DNA of 60,256 nt from Hydrurus foetidus (Eukaryota): contig UYFQ01000614.1 in NCBI GenBank assembly GCA_900617105.1, positions 1-60,256 of the forward strand. Reading direction: 5' to 3'. Position 1 is the first letter of the stretch, and every line of letters starts with the position of its first letter. The notes under the pieces were generated by a model. It had not been told where the DNA came from. It saw nothing but the letters and a program-made list of their open reading frames with translations, and made no database searches. Of this stretch, positions 35,929-47,065 are shown piece after piece. The position numbers were made by a program, and so were the translations under genes.

Positions 35929-36319
35929 TCTTGGAATAAGGCTGTCTTTTGGATCCTGGATCCAGTCAAAGCACCTGGATGATAGCAGTGATTCGTTCAG
36001 AATACACTTTGCTTTCAGCTAGTCGACCAAGGTCGCTTCAACAGCTCACTCTAGTGTAGGTATAATGGCACACAGCCATATAGTCTCTTTTAATTAGAAG
36101 TGCTCATTGTGTCAAAACATAGCAGTTCATGGCTAGCTATACTAGCTACAGTTGGCTGTTCACTGTCATCATCAGTTGCAACTTTCAGTACAGTTTGAGA
36201 GATGGTCTCGGGTCTGTGAGCGCTACCCTCGCTCCTCCACTTGGGCTTAAGTGATATTACCCAAAGGGAATTCCCCCAAAGGGATTGTCCCCATAGGGAT
36301 AGCTATGCTATATCCAACA
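35929..36319 (-). repeat. Copia C 5' LTR (391 bp)
   Basis: TGTTGGA...TCCAAGA on the minus strand. Confidence 0.95.
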
Positions 36320-36596
36320 GAAACGGTGTCATTTCGGTATATTTGTTCTGAAAGATAGTGTCGTTGGATTTTTTAGGAGCTTTCATTTTCTTTTCATTTT
36401 GGAAAATATCGTTGGCTTTCTAGGCAATATTTTCCAATAAACCATCGAAGAGCCAGCGAAAAGTACCAGATTTGTTGCTCCTCTTGAGTTCGTCGAGAGT
36501 TTCTTCTGGAGGCGCGACGTCAACTAGCCGCTATCTTTGCGCAGTTATATCATCTCGAAGCAGTGAAGTCAACTCGTTTGCTGATATCTGCCCGAC

Positions 36597-39524
36597 ATGT
36601 CTGCCTCAGCATTCTCCGACCAAGCTCGTGGGAGATCTGATAATAATCGTGCCAAAATCTATTACTGCGCCGCGTTGACGGCTCCAAGTACCATGACCGG
36701 CCACATGCAGACTGGCGACATTCTAGTCAGCATCAATGATGTGTCATTGATTAGTGATAGCACACAATCTGAGTCGAAGGAGAGTTCGGAGGCATTCTTT
36801 GATATCATTACCGACGCAATAAAGAATGCCGGGAGTCCAAGAACTGTTAGATTGTTGCGGCCATCTCGAGCGAAAGCGGCTCATTCTTCACCGACACCGT
36901 CCGTTTTCGAAATTCATCTGAACGCGAGTGAAGCTTCATTCTTATTCGACAGATCATTCACGATCCATATTCCGAAATTCACTGTCGGAAAAGTAGCATT
37001 TGGAAAATCATTTGAATCCGCGGGAGGCAGCTTATTCGATGTTGTATTCCCAACTCAAACTTCTCTGGGAATCCGAATTTTCCCGTACAAACTTATTGAT
37101 GCTCACTCGACATCCACAAATCACCAAACCCATCGGGCCCCCAGTCTTGAAGCCGATTACCTGGATTCAGAGGAGGAAATCTTGGACGATGTCGACGTCA
37201 TTGATGACTGTTCTTCTGTATCGTCTACAGCGATGAGGTTGTTCGAGGAAGAAACTCGGGGCACTGCAAACAAATCATCCTCCGAATCAGCAGCCATGGC
37301 CAACATCACAGACTTCTTGTGCCGTCTAGAGACTGAACGAAGCAACAGCAGATCACCAACTAAGCTCTACCAAGCGCAGCAACACACGTCGGAGCAGATC
37401 AGAAGATGGTCTGTCGACTGCGGTGCCTCATCAAAGCAAGGGAAATCAAACGCTCATTCTGCTGGACAATCTGCGAACATTCTGGGAGACGATCACATTG
37501 TGACGGACGCTGGCATTATGTCTGTTGGAGCCCACGGCTCTCTCTTGGAAGTTGGAGATGACTTCATCCCAGTCTCTTCCTCTGTGGAGAGTGGCCACAT
37601 TGCGGAGAACTTCTTCCAAGAAGCTGCTCGAGAGGAGCTAGCTGCTCGGAAGGGAAGGATTTCCAAGTTCGCAGTGGAGGACATGGTGGCCATCATTGAG
37701 TCCAATCGGAGGAAGCACACACCTCTTCGCAGCAGCAGTGTGGCAGCGAGAGGCTCGCCCCTAAAGAAAGCAAAAGCTGTTGCAGGCCTTGACGACTTCA
37801 GTGCAGGGACTCCCAAGACGTTGAAGCCTTCTAGACGCTCACTGCCTGCTCGTATAACACCTTCTAAGTCCGCTATAAGGGTTCCTTCTTACCTCTCCCC
37901 ATCCACTCCATCGCCCACTAGAAGAGGACGGTCACCTCCACGTGGGTACAACGTAGATGACTTAGCGATACATGGGGATGAATCCGCGACAGTGGAGACA
38001 ACCCAACAGGAACTGAAGAGGGTGATGAAAGAAAATGAGAACTTGAGGGCTAAGATGGGATTCATGCAGTGTTCTTTGTCGATTGAGAAGCAGCTCTTGC
38101 AGTACGAGTTGAAGGGGGCCAAGGCGAGACTGCTACTCGCTGAGAAGGAGTTAGAAGAGTCCACCATTGAGCACAAGATGAACGCTATTTCGTTACAGGA
38201 TGATCTGGATCAGTCTATCAAAGACATTGTGTCAGTTATGTTGCAAGAGAAAGAAGACATGACCCATAAATTGCACTTCGCGAGACAGGATATGACAGAT
38301 ATGGAAGTGAGGTATAAAGACAAAATAGAAGCAATTACAGAGGAAAGTGAGAATATTCAGTCAGAGCTAGAAGGACGCAAGGAAGATTGCATTATGCTCA
38401 CAGCAGACATTTTGAATCTACAGGCTGAGAGAGACTGCATGAAATCTTCAACAGTCATGACTGACTTCAGAACTAAAAACACAAACAAAACACAGTCGAA
38501 GGAGCTTACACGGCTACGTGATGCAGAGAAAAATACTAAATCCAAGATGTTCGATTTCATCAGAGACTACGACAGAACAATAGCGACAACTGCGGATCCA
38601 GACGAGGTAGTGTCAGAGTTCCTAAGCGGGAGGGGTATCGCTATTAACCAGAACAGAAGGAAGCACTTTGCTGCCTTGAAGGCTGATAATGCTCGACTGT
38701 ATGATGGATTTGATACGATGCAGGAACTGCTCGAAGTCGAGACTGCTCTGCAGGTGGCTCGTGTTGAGTTGTACACTAAATCTTTAGTGAATAAGCCGGT
38801 TGAGAAAAAAGCCACGCCATCGCCTATCAAAAACAAATTCAAAGTTCTGCTGAATTCTGAATCACCAGCAAAAACAATGCGTCTGGCATCAATCACATCC
38901 AGAGTCAGAGGTGAAGGAAAGTCCAGTATCTCTCCGAGAAAATCAAATACGGCTACTGATGCTAGCGTGATCAGTTCACCAGAGGCGACATCATCTCATT
39001 CTAGTCGGGTACTACGATCAAAAGAAACGAAAAGGGAAAAGGGCAGCAGAAAAACACTCTCCTCAAAAACGGTGCGAAGAGTTAGCAGCGATGAATTGCA
39101 CAATTGTAAAGAAAATCATCAATCCTCGGAATCTGAAGGTTCAAGGTCCGGATCGAATAGTGAGAAAAGCGAGTTTGAGAAAGAGAACACAATTGTAAAA
39201 TCAACAGAAAATAAAGTGTGCGAGAATAATTCTGAATTCGCATCAAATTCAATGAAGAGTTTTAGCTCCCCTACAATGCCTCTCAAGAAATCTATATCGA
39301 CATCCCCTTCATTCATCATAATCACACCGAGGAAAAAGACTCCAACTACCTCCCCAACAAGTCTGCTAAATTCCGGATCTGGGTTCAAAGTCTCTCCTGG
39401 ACTGGAGGCAAGCGGAAACAAATTCGGAGGAACTTTCATTGGATCAAAAAGACCGGATTTGTCCCAGTCGCCTATGGTGACGATATCAGATGATTACCCA
39501 CACAGCTACCCAAGTGTCGAGTAA
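36597..39524 (+). CDS. Protein with N-terminal PDZ-like segment, central coiled coil and Ser-rich tail
   Basis: 975-aa ORF. GHMQTGDILVSINDVSL resembles the PDZ core, and there is a heptad-rich central region. Confidence 0.7.
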   Translation: MSASAFSDQARGRSDNNRAKIYYCAALTAPSTMTGHMQTGDILVSINDVSLISDSTQSESKESSEAFFDIITDAIKNAGSPRTVRLLRPSRAKAAHSSPTPSVFEIHLNASEASFLFDRSFTIHIPKFTVGKVAFGKSFESAGGSLFDVVFPTQTSLGIRIFPYKLIDAHSTSTNHQTHRAPSLEADYLDSEEEILDDVDVIDDCSSVSSTAMRLFEEETRGTANKSSSESAAMANITDFLCRLETERSNSRSPTKLYQAQQHTSEQIRRWSVDCGASSKQGKSNAHSAGQSANILGDDHIVTDAGIMSVGAHGSLLEVGDDFIPVSSSVESGHIAENFFQEAAREELAARKGRISKFAVEDMVAIIESNRRKHTPLRSSSVAARGSPLKKAKAVAGLDDFSAGTPKTLKPSRRSLPARITPSKSAIRVPSYLSPSTPSPTRRGRSPPRGYNVDDLAIHGDESATVETTQQELKRVMKENENLRAKMGFMQCSLSIEKQLLQYELKGAKARLLLAEKELEESTIEHKMNAISLQDDLDQSIKDIVSVMLQEKEDMTHKLHFARQDMTDMEVRYKDKIEAITEESENIQSELEGRKEDCIMLTADILNLQAERDCMKSSTVMTDFRTKNTNKTQSKELTRLRDAEKNTKSKMFDFIRDYDRTIATTADPDEVVSEFLSGRGIAINQNRRKHFAALKADNARLYDGFDTMQELLEVETALQVARVELYTKSLVNKPVEKKATPSPIKNKFKVLLNSESPAKTMRLASITSRVRGEGKSSISPRKSNTATDASVISSPEATSSHSSRVLRSKETKREKGSRKTLSSKTVRRVSSDELHNCKENHQSSESEGSRSGSNSEKSEFEKENTIVKSTENKVCENNSEFASNSMKSFSSPTMPLKKSISTSPSFIIITPRKKTPTTSPTSLLNSGSGFKVSPGLEASGNKFGGTFIGSKRPDLSQSPMVTISDDYPHSYPSVE

Positions 39525-40759
39525 GGGAGTCATTGTGAGTAAGTGATGTGGACAGTCAGGTTGAGAATGGTCGAATTTGACATAGGTGCTTTATTTTGCG
39601 ACATTCACGTGAGGTGTTACACTTTCAGACTTTCTCAGAAACGCTCTTCCAAGGAGACATTTCCTGCTTCAATGCTGAACGTAACTCAGATCGAGGATAT
39701 CCACTCATGCCACACACACAATATTGTCCAAACCTCATCCGAGTTTGTACTGAATAAAATAAATTTGCGGTCTTTCTCAAATATATATTTGAAAATATTC
39801 AGCTATTTAATTCAATCATGCAAACAACTTTATTACCAGTCATTTATATTTATCAAATCAATTAATGAACATTTTGTCAATAATCTGTTCTTCTTCTCCT
39901 TATAGTGTATAATCTAAACACGCATCCTCGTTCCACAATCCTCAACATTATATTCATATTCACTGCCAAATGATTTGAAATAGATTATTGCTATTTTGTG
40001 ATTTTTCTAAGTTTGTTTTTAGAATTCTGTATGAGATAAAAAATAATCAATAGTTCAGTCATGCATATTTTTTTTAATAGGCTTGCTACACGTTTTAAAC
40101 AGCCACAACTTTAAATTCATGCACCACTCAATTTTTTTGTCAACCATATGACCTACTTATTTTAAATATTCTATCCCTCGTCTTATTTTAATTTTTGGAG
40201 AATCTTTTTTTTCTTTTTTTGGGGGGTGCTTTCAAAATGACGAGTGGCAAATTTGCTTCATGCTTATTTTTTTCGCGCCCTGAGTTCAGATTAACGGAAT
40301 AATTGGTGCTATACACAAAGAGTTGTACTGATTCTTTTTCTCTTCCACTATGTCCTCGATATTCTGGCCTTACTGATACATAGTAAATCTAGATGTTCGC
40401 TGAAAAGCGTACGATTATCAGAAAAAACAACCTTGCTGCCTGTGTTAGGTAGGTCGTCATTTGAAGTTTTGAAGTTAAGTTGCCCTCGAGTAAAACCCGT
40501 TACTTCACAGAACCTTCTTCCCACCGCAACACACGCACGTACCGCACTCACTTCACACGACAGTTCCAAGTTCCCCAGTGAGCTCTGTTGTGTTGCAACA
40601 TTTGCCCACTTGCATCGATGGGGTGATTGCGCTCATCAATTCCAAGATTCTTCGGCGCATGTGGTGAGCTGTTGACAAGACCCTGTGTCCCGTGCGCTTC
40701 ATCGAGCTTGAGCTGAAATCATCGACTTCGAAGAATATTTACAACTTGAAGTCTAGGAA

Positions 40760-41577
40760 ATGGCGACGTATTTTTCGTTCATGCTGGTTGCATTAACGTC
40801 ACTAATGGTAGAGACGAACTCGTTTCAACTCTCATCTACGAGATTTCAGGGCAACAGATTCAATCTAGCACCTGTAATGATGTCTCAGTCAAAGGACTCT
40901 CTTGAACCAGTTTCAATTCAGGACATCAGTAGAAGAGGATCTACAGCTGTTCTGCCATTTTTGGCCACTTTGCTGGCAACAGGTCTGGCTGCGCACGCAG
41001 CTGGGACAGGATCTGGCGGATTTCTAACAGAACCAACGGCGGAATTCAAGGATGAGGAGAAGAAGGTGGCTGACTTCAAAGCGCAGCAACAAAAAATCCG
41101 AAAGTCTTGGGACGAAGTTATCGCCAAACTCGAGGCATCAGACAATCCAACAGTCACAGAATCCTCTATAAGAGACTTGACTGCTATCCTCACAAAGTAT
41201 AACTCCGGAATCCCTAGCGGCGTGAAGAAGCTTGAACTGGTTAAAACGATCCGCGCCAAAAAATACGTTATGGTTGGCAAAAAACAGAAAATTTTACCAA
41301 CATGGAGCAAAGAAAGTGAGATTGCTTATCAGGTAACTCTCGTCACTCACGAAATTATTATATCTATCCATAACTTTATCATAGGAAGGTTGCAGATCAT
41401 CCCGAAGCGAAATTGATCTTTCATCTCACTTACTCTTAATGCAGATATTAATTCAGGAGTTCAATCGCCAAGTAACTCCTAACAACAGGGTGAGCAACAC
41501 ATAAACTTTAATTGCTCTTTACTGGCATTTCCTAATGAATCTTTTGCTCCATTTGTTTACAGGAGGCAAGAACATGA
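40760..41577 (+). CDS. Probable plastid (thylakoid lumen) protein, 3 exons
   Basis: Signal peptide ending TNS-F, Ser/Arg-rich transit region, then SRR plus a hydrophobic stretch ending AHA (Tat-like). Introns at about 41333-41444 and 41490-41562. Confidence 0.65.
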
Positions 41578-42382
41578 GAAGTGGATTCAGCGCAACACTC
41601 CTTTTAATACATTCGAGACATTTTTATCTGTAGATTAGAGCACATGATGAATATTTACTCCTATATTTTGTATTAACGATGAAAATATGATTTACACGGT
41701 ATGCTGGGTATTTAATGCTAATGGAAGGGTCTTCATCGAAGTGTTCAAACTCCTTTAAGAACATGAAAGAATCCAACATAAGGCTTCGTAAGGGTGGACT
41801 AGCGCCAGCAGTGTTCTGACTAAGCGCAACAAATCAAAGGTATCATGTTGTGAATGGCTATGCCTACGTGGTCAGGAATCGAGCACTTCATTTCCATCAG
41901 CGCTGTCGATTAGTTTAAAAACACGTCAGCAATATACGAAATGTGACGCAGAATTCAAGTTCGAAGACTTTACGAACAATAGTTGCCGAGGTATATCTCT
42001 TCCATGGGACGGATATATCAGTGATTGAGCTGTTATCTCAAAATTACATAGGTGAGATGTGTAACGTATTTGTCAGAGCCAAACCTGATCAGCAAAATTT
42101 ACGATTATTCAAGAATTCGAGTACGTATGTGCTAAACATCCAATCGTCGGACGGAAATGAAACCAGTACGGTTTCGGTTTTTGAACGCCAATTCTGTGGC
42201 GTTTCGTTGTTTCGTTTCTCTCCCTCAACTTTAGGCGATGGATGGACATTTTTGGACTGTTGTCATCTCAAGCTTTGTGGTGCCAATTCTCGATACAAAT
42301 ATTCGAGAGAGAGATCACTTTATGACTTCATCGTTGGGGGAAAGTTTTGCTTAGAGAGCTCGAAATCCGCGTAGTCGGTTGC

Positions 42383-42760
42383 ATGGAAGAGTTGAATAAC
42401 GAGCTATCAGCGCTGGTGGATATTTTCCCTGAAAATGAGTTCGAGGTTCAACGCAGCGATGATCGTATTGATGTCTCCTTCCCTCTACCCTTCAGACTTG
42501 AATTAAAATTTAGGATAACGATTATTGATTTCGTTAAGTATGACATCACGGTCAGTGTCGTCGAATACGAAGTTCCACTTCTTCAACTTGTGCAAAAAGC
42601 CGCTCAAGCAGCCCGAATTGCAGCGGAAATGTTTCTAGAATACAGAGGGCTGGCGGAGCATAGACATCTCTACAGCGCTCACCAAAGAGGATTGGATGCA
42701 TTCAATAAATGCATATCGTTTGACCGTTGCGAGTCACAACCTCCCGTTATGACTGATTTT
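42383..42760 (+). pseudogene. Truncated duplicate of the RWDD3-like gene (RWD part only)
   Basis: MEELNNELSALVDIF..EHRHLYSAHQRGLDAF aligns with the protein starting at 47066. Similarity ends near 42725-42760 and the C-terminal domain is missing. Confidence 0.65.
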
Positions 42761-44399
42761 GTTCGTCGCAAAATGTCAAATGAAAATTTCGATGCTAAAT
42801 ATACAGCAAAATCACTCCGATCCGATAGATCAGCGAAAAGGAGAATCGCAAAATCCTTGCGCTGTGTAAAAATACCGTCGCAACTGCTAGTATGCACATG
42901 TTGTACACATTAAAAATAATCAATGATATAAGTTCCAGTCTCTTGTTGTAATGCCAATCACATAATTCTGCCACGTAGATATCGGCAGAACGACCAGCAC
43001 AATCCTGATTACATGAAACTGCTTTTGACTGTATGAAACACTTTGAGTCACTTTGACAAGTAAAGCGCGTTTGTCAACGTTACGTGATTATGTCAAAGTT
43101 ACGTGATTACTTATATTTGCTTTTGATTGTCATCGCGTTGTGGGTTACCATTCTTATTTGCGTATGGCACCAAAATAAATTGTATTTTCAATTTCAAACG
43201 ATACCTCGAGGGTATAGAACTTTTACGAGAGTTCTTAGCTAACTATGCCTTGTAAATGGTTAATTTTATCTTATCATAAAACTAAACAGAACCCTTTAGT
43301 GGAATGCAGTAGTTGTTTATCCCAGTATAGTACTCTGGCGCGACTTGATAGCCTTATGTAGGAACATTCAGGTACTGTTTACAACATCACGAGGTCTTTG
43401 AATTTTAGTTTGAAGAAGTTCTCCTCAGATCGCATGTCGCGAGGGTGGTGGTTCGTTTCTGAGAAGAATTCCGAAGGGCCCAACTGTATGAGAATGAGTG
43501 ACATCTCCCTTGTTAATGGAGACGCATATTCAACATTCTTTGGCTTCAGCCCAGGAGCTACTGTCGATGAACATCTTCACATCAGATCTGCTCAAAGCTA
43601 CTCCTGGCATCCTCACTTCATATTTTGAATTCTGCTATTCTGCGTGCTTTCCAATCTTGTGGGTTCAAAACTGTTCTTATTGCTCTTTAAGTGTAGTTGA
43701 CAGCAAGTGCTCTGTCACACAGCTTTCTAAAATACGCAATTATGCAATCATTGTTTTAGTTATCCATAAATCTAAGGTCTAAGGTCCCATCACGACCTTC
43801 ATGCTTCATGAGACTTCGTTAAATCCTCACGATCAACATTGGTTTCAATTGATTGTTTAATAAATTGGGATGAGTACCAACCACTTTCAATCGTGTAAAA
43901 GTCCTACTTCAAATTAATTTTTTACTAGGAGTTAAACTAACTGGTAATTGATGTCATGACGACAGTGGTTTTATTTGACGCTACTGACTGTCGTGCATGA
44001 TCTCTGTGGCATTTCCGATCGTTGAAATGTAGACTGGTGGATTGATTTTGTCGTTTTAAAAGGTGTGTTCAGTGATTCAGAATGTCACGAAAAAAACTAG
44101 TGCGTTTGACCGTGATGCACATACATTTGAACCAGAATTATCGCTTCTCCTCGTGTTGAAACCAGAACAGTCAGGTATCAGTGTAGATGATTCCATTCCA
44201 CAACCATCACATTATTTCCGAGGATGTTGTCTTTTCCTAAGACCAGTCAACTGAAAATTCTTATTCCAGTGGGGGGCACAATCGGCGACGGGGCATAACT
44301 GGCGACGTTTGTATATTGACATTCACGTACTGCTACCAACATTTCTTGCAATAACTTTTTTTTCAGTTCAATAGTCAGCACACTTTAAATCACCTCAGG

Positions 44400-46181
44400 A
44401 TGCACCCGAGGCTTGCGAATCCATGGGGAAAATCCCAAGTAAAATTGGAGGCGAATTCGCTAAACGTTCTGCAAAAGACTTGGTTGATCCATGAGATCAA
44501 ATATCATGGACAGTCTTGTGCCAAACTAGGCGAGAGATACGGCATCGACAGGAAACTTTTGTCGAAATGGGTCCTCAAATACGGTCAGAATACGGCTGTA
44601 ACAACCAGTGCCGGTCGACCACCTCTGTTTACAAAGAGTTGCTTGATTGCTTTGAAGAAAGATTTGAACAGTCAAGCCTATAACGTGAAAAAGGAAGATT
44701 TCGTCAGTACCTTAGTAAAGAAGCGTGTCGAATTAGTCCAAGCGTCGAAGAACATAGCGACCTGTTCTATCGATCCAGTATCTCGTCGCTCTGTGGGGCG
44801 ACGCATGATCGACATGGAGGTCAAATGTGGGAATGCAGAGCAGACAACCGATGCACGGGCAAAGGCTACTGCAGACAAGATCAATGCGATTTCAGTTGCA
44901 GCTGCGCATCACTTAATGATGCCGCTCACTGACCCTCACATCACAATCAACGCAGATGGTACTTCTTACCAGACTGGAGGTGGATTGACGGACCAAGTCG
45001 CTATTGTCTTCGACCCAGAGGAACAGTCTAGGAGAGGTACCCCTCTGAAGGTACTGCCTGTCAAAGGGTCTTCATTGACAGCTTTCTTTGTCAAATTTTA
45101 CTTGTGCATGAACGCGACTGGTGCTACTGCTCCCCCTGTCTATATTGTGGCGGACAACAACATGAAGGAGGGGGCAATTGACTGCTATGAAGTCCCAGGG
45201 CTGGGTATAGGTACCGAGGTAGACAGCTCGGGGTATATCGTATTTGCTAAAACGCGATCTGTCAACGAGTCTTTCTATCGCTGGTGGTTCTTCTCCATTT
45301 ATGTACCTTTCGTGCTGAGGCTAAGAAACAGATATGAGTTGTCAGACGCCATACCTTCTTACTTTACTTTGGATGGAGAGGACGTCCAAATCAAGCCGAT
45401 GCAGTCGGCCGAGGTGCGGTTGGCTTGCAAGGAACTGAATATTGTGATTGGTAAACCGCCCGCCTCAACAACATCAATCACTCAACCTTGCGATGCGGGC
45501 AAGTGTTTCCTCGCTTCGAAGACAAAAAAAAGGCATCTGAAGTCGGTTCAAGAAGTACTCGACGTGGTCATGACGAATCGCATTAAAAAAATTATGAAAA
45601 GTCATGAAGCTAAAGTGGGCAAGACACTACCATCTCATCATGTAAAAGGCATATATGAAGGTGTACAGACTGTCCAATACATCATCTCTACCACTATGAG
45701 GAAGGACACAATCACCCAATCATTTGAGATAGTTGGACAGTACGATCGCAAGACAGGTGGGTGCAATGTGGAACAAGTTTTGAAGCAATGCAAGACGCCC
45801 TTTACAACAGAGGAGGTAACGAAGGTTTGGGAGCATTTACCAAGGTTGTGCAACATATTAAAAACGAAGGGCGAAATACAGGAGAAAGATTATTTACCCC
45901 TGGAGATAGGGGTTATCGAGCCCGGAAAATCTCGCGACGATTTTGTCTTGAATCGCCGGAGATTTCTCTTCCTTACAAATCCTGCCTTCATCGCAGGCGA
46001 AGATAAAAAGCGTGAGGAAAAGCTCGCTCTTGCAGAAGACAAAAAGGAGAAAGCTGTGAAAAGGAAAGTCGCTGCAGAGGAGCGAAAGCTGCAACCACCA
46101 GCCGCGAAAAGGGCGAAGAAGAATCCCGTCACTGTCGCTCCAGATGCTGCTGTTGGTGCTGCTGATGCTGCTGATATTTAG
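44400..46181 (+). CDS. pogo-like DD39D transposase
   Basis: N-terminal HTH with GRPP linker; INADGT, TLDGE and STTSITQPCD catalytic motifs, with 39 residues between the second and third Asp; basic C-terminal tail. Confidence 0.9.
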   Translation: MHPRLANPWGKSQVKLEANSLNVLQKTWLIHEIKYHGQSCAKLGERYGIDRKLLSKWVLKYGQNTAVTTSAGRPPLFTKSCLIALKKDLNSQAYNVKKEDFVSTLVKKRVELVQASKNIATCSIDPVSRRSVGRRMIDMEVKCGNAEQTTDARAKATADKINAISVAAAHHLMMPLTDPHITINADGTSYQTGGGLTDQVAIVFDPEEQSRRGTPLKVLPVKGSSLTAFFVKFYLCMNATGATAPPVYIVADNNMKEGAIDCYEVPGLGIGTEVDSSGYIVFAKTRSVNESFYRWWFFSIYVPFVLRLRNRYELSDAIPSYFTLDGEDVQIKPMQSAEVRLACKELNIVIGKPPASTTSITQPCDAGKCFLASKTKKRHLKSVQEVLDVVMTNRIKKIMKSHEAKVGKTLPSHHVKGIYEGVQTVQYIISTTMRKDTITQSFEIVGQYDRKTGGCNVEQVLKQCKTPFTTEEVTKVWEHLPRLCNILKTKGEIQEKDYLPLEIGVIEPGKSRDDFVLNRRRFLFLTNPAFIAGEDKKREEKLALAEDKKEKAVKRKVAAEERKLQPPAAKRAKKNPVTVAPDAAVGAADAADI

Positions 46182-46202
46182 TACTTTCTTCACATTTGCA
46201 CA

Positions 46203-46721
46203 CTACGACCAATATATGTATGGTTCTTCAATGTAAGGTAAAAATTCTGGAGGTGTCTCATCGTTCAGGAATAGTTCCGGATGTAGCCGTCTTGCATAGC
46301 GTTTTAAACTCCTTCGCGGCACTTTGACATCCCTCCCGTCATTTGCAATCTCTTCCACAGTAGGGGGACACCTTCTGATGCGAGTGGCAGTATACTCGTC
46401 GCTGATTGATTGATTAAGGACTGCCCTATCCGAACAAGCATTATTTTGGATTGATGCACCAATTATTTCATGGCTGATGACATCAAGAACTCGCGGCCGC
46501 CCACTCTTCAACCTTAATGGCAGACCCTTGAGGTGCCGAACAACCATTTTATGTAAGTTTTTCCTGCTGAATGAACACCTCTTGGCAAGACTTGCAACCG
46601 TTTCCACTTTTGAAATCACCAGCTGAACCATCCAGCACTTTTGCTCTAGCGTAGGCTTCGCGATTTTAAAATTACAGTCCAATAGCGGATCATGACCGCC
46701 TAGAACGGCTGCGTCGTTCAT
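46203..46721 (-). CDS. HTH-only paralog of the transposase DNA-binding domain
   Basis: 172 aa. EQKCWM, LAKRCSFSRKNLHK, SGRPRVL and VPRRSLKR are collinear with transposase LQKTWL, LGERYGIDRKLLSK, AGRPPLF and VSRRSVGR. Confidence 0.75.
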   Translation of the reverse strand: MNDAAVLGGHDPLLDCNFKIAKPTLEQKCWMVQLVISKVETVASLAKRCSFSRKNLHKMVVRHLKGLPLRLKSGRPRVLDVISHEIIGASIQNNACSDRAVLNQSISDEYTATRIRRCPPTVEEIANDGRDVKVPRRSLKRYARRLHPELFLNDETPPEFLPYIEEPYIYWS

Positions 46722-47065
46722 GCTGATTTTTGTCGACAGCTGTTGAGATTGTGAAACGAGGTATTCGTGTTAATGATGAGTTGACTCGAGATACAAAATA
46801 TACAAACGTCGCCAGTTATGCCCCGTCGCCGATTGTGCCCCCCACTGGTATTGCGAGTTGTCAGAGGTTGGGGATCGGGTCTCGTTACCCCCACTCAAAT
46901 CTTGTACTTGTTTGTCCAAAAATTTCACCGAGCGTCAGAATTGAAATGCCCGTGCTTACGTCGCAACGGTACACGAACTTCTTAACAGCACCACAATTAC
47001 AAGATCAGTATCAACAAGATCTACTGAAAGGTGCTGAGCTACAGGATAATACAGTTGGAACGGCG

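Larger units (their letters stand above)
30426..36319 (-). mobile_element. Full-length Ty1/Copia retrotransposon C
   Basis: LTRs at 35929-36319 and 30426-30817 differ by a 1-nt indel. 5-bp TSD GAAAC at 30421-30425 and 36320-36324. PPT AGGGGTG. Domain order gag-PR-IN-RT-RH. Confidence 0.97.
44266..46848 (+). mobile_element. pogo-type DNA transposon with two convergent ORFs
   Basis: Perfect 52-bp TIRs (44266-44317 and 46797-46848) beginning CCAGTGGGGGG, flanked by TATT on both sides. Confidence 0.95.

Noticed and set aside
46730..47065. Apparent transposon-RWDD3 fusion ORF running through the TIR
   Set aside because: It starts at TTG and has no ATG inside the element; the paralog at 42383 supports a start at 47066.
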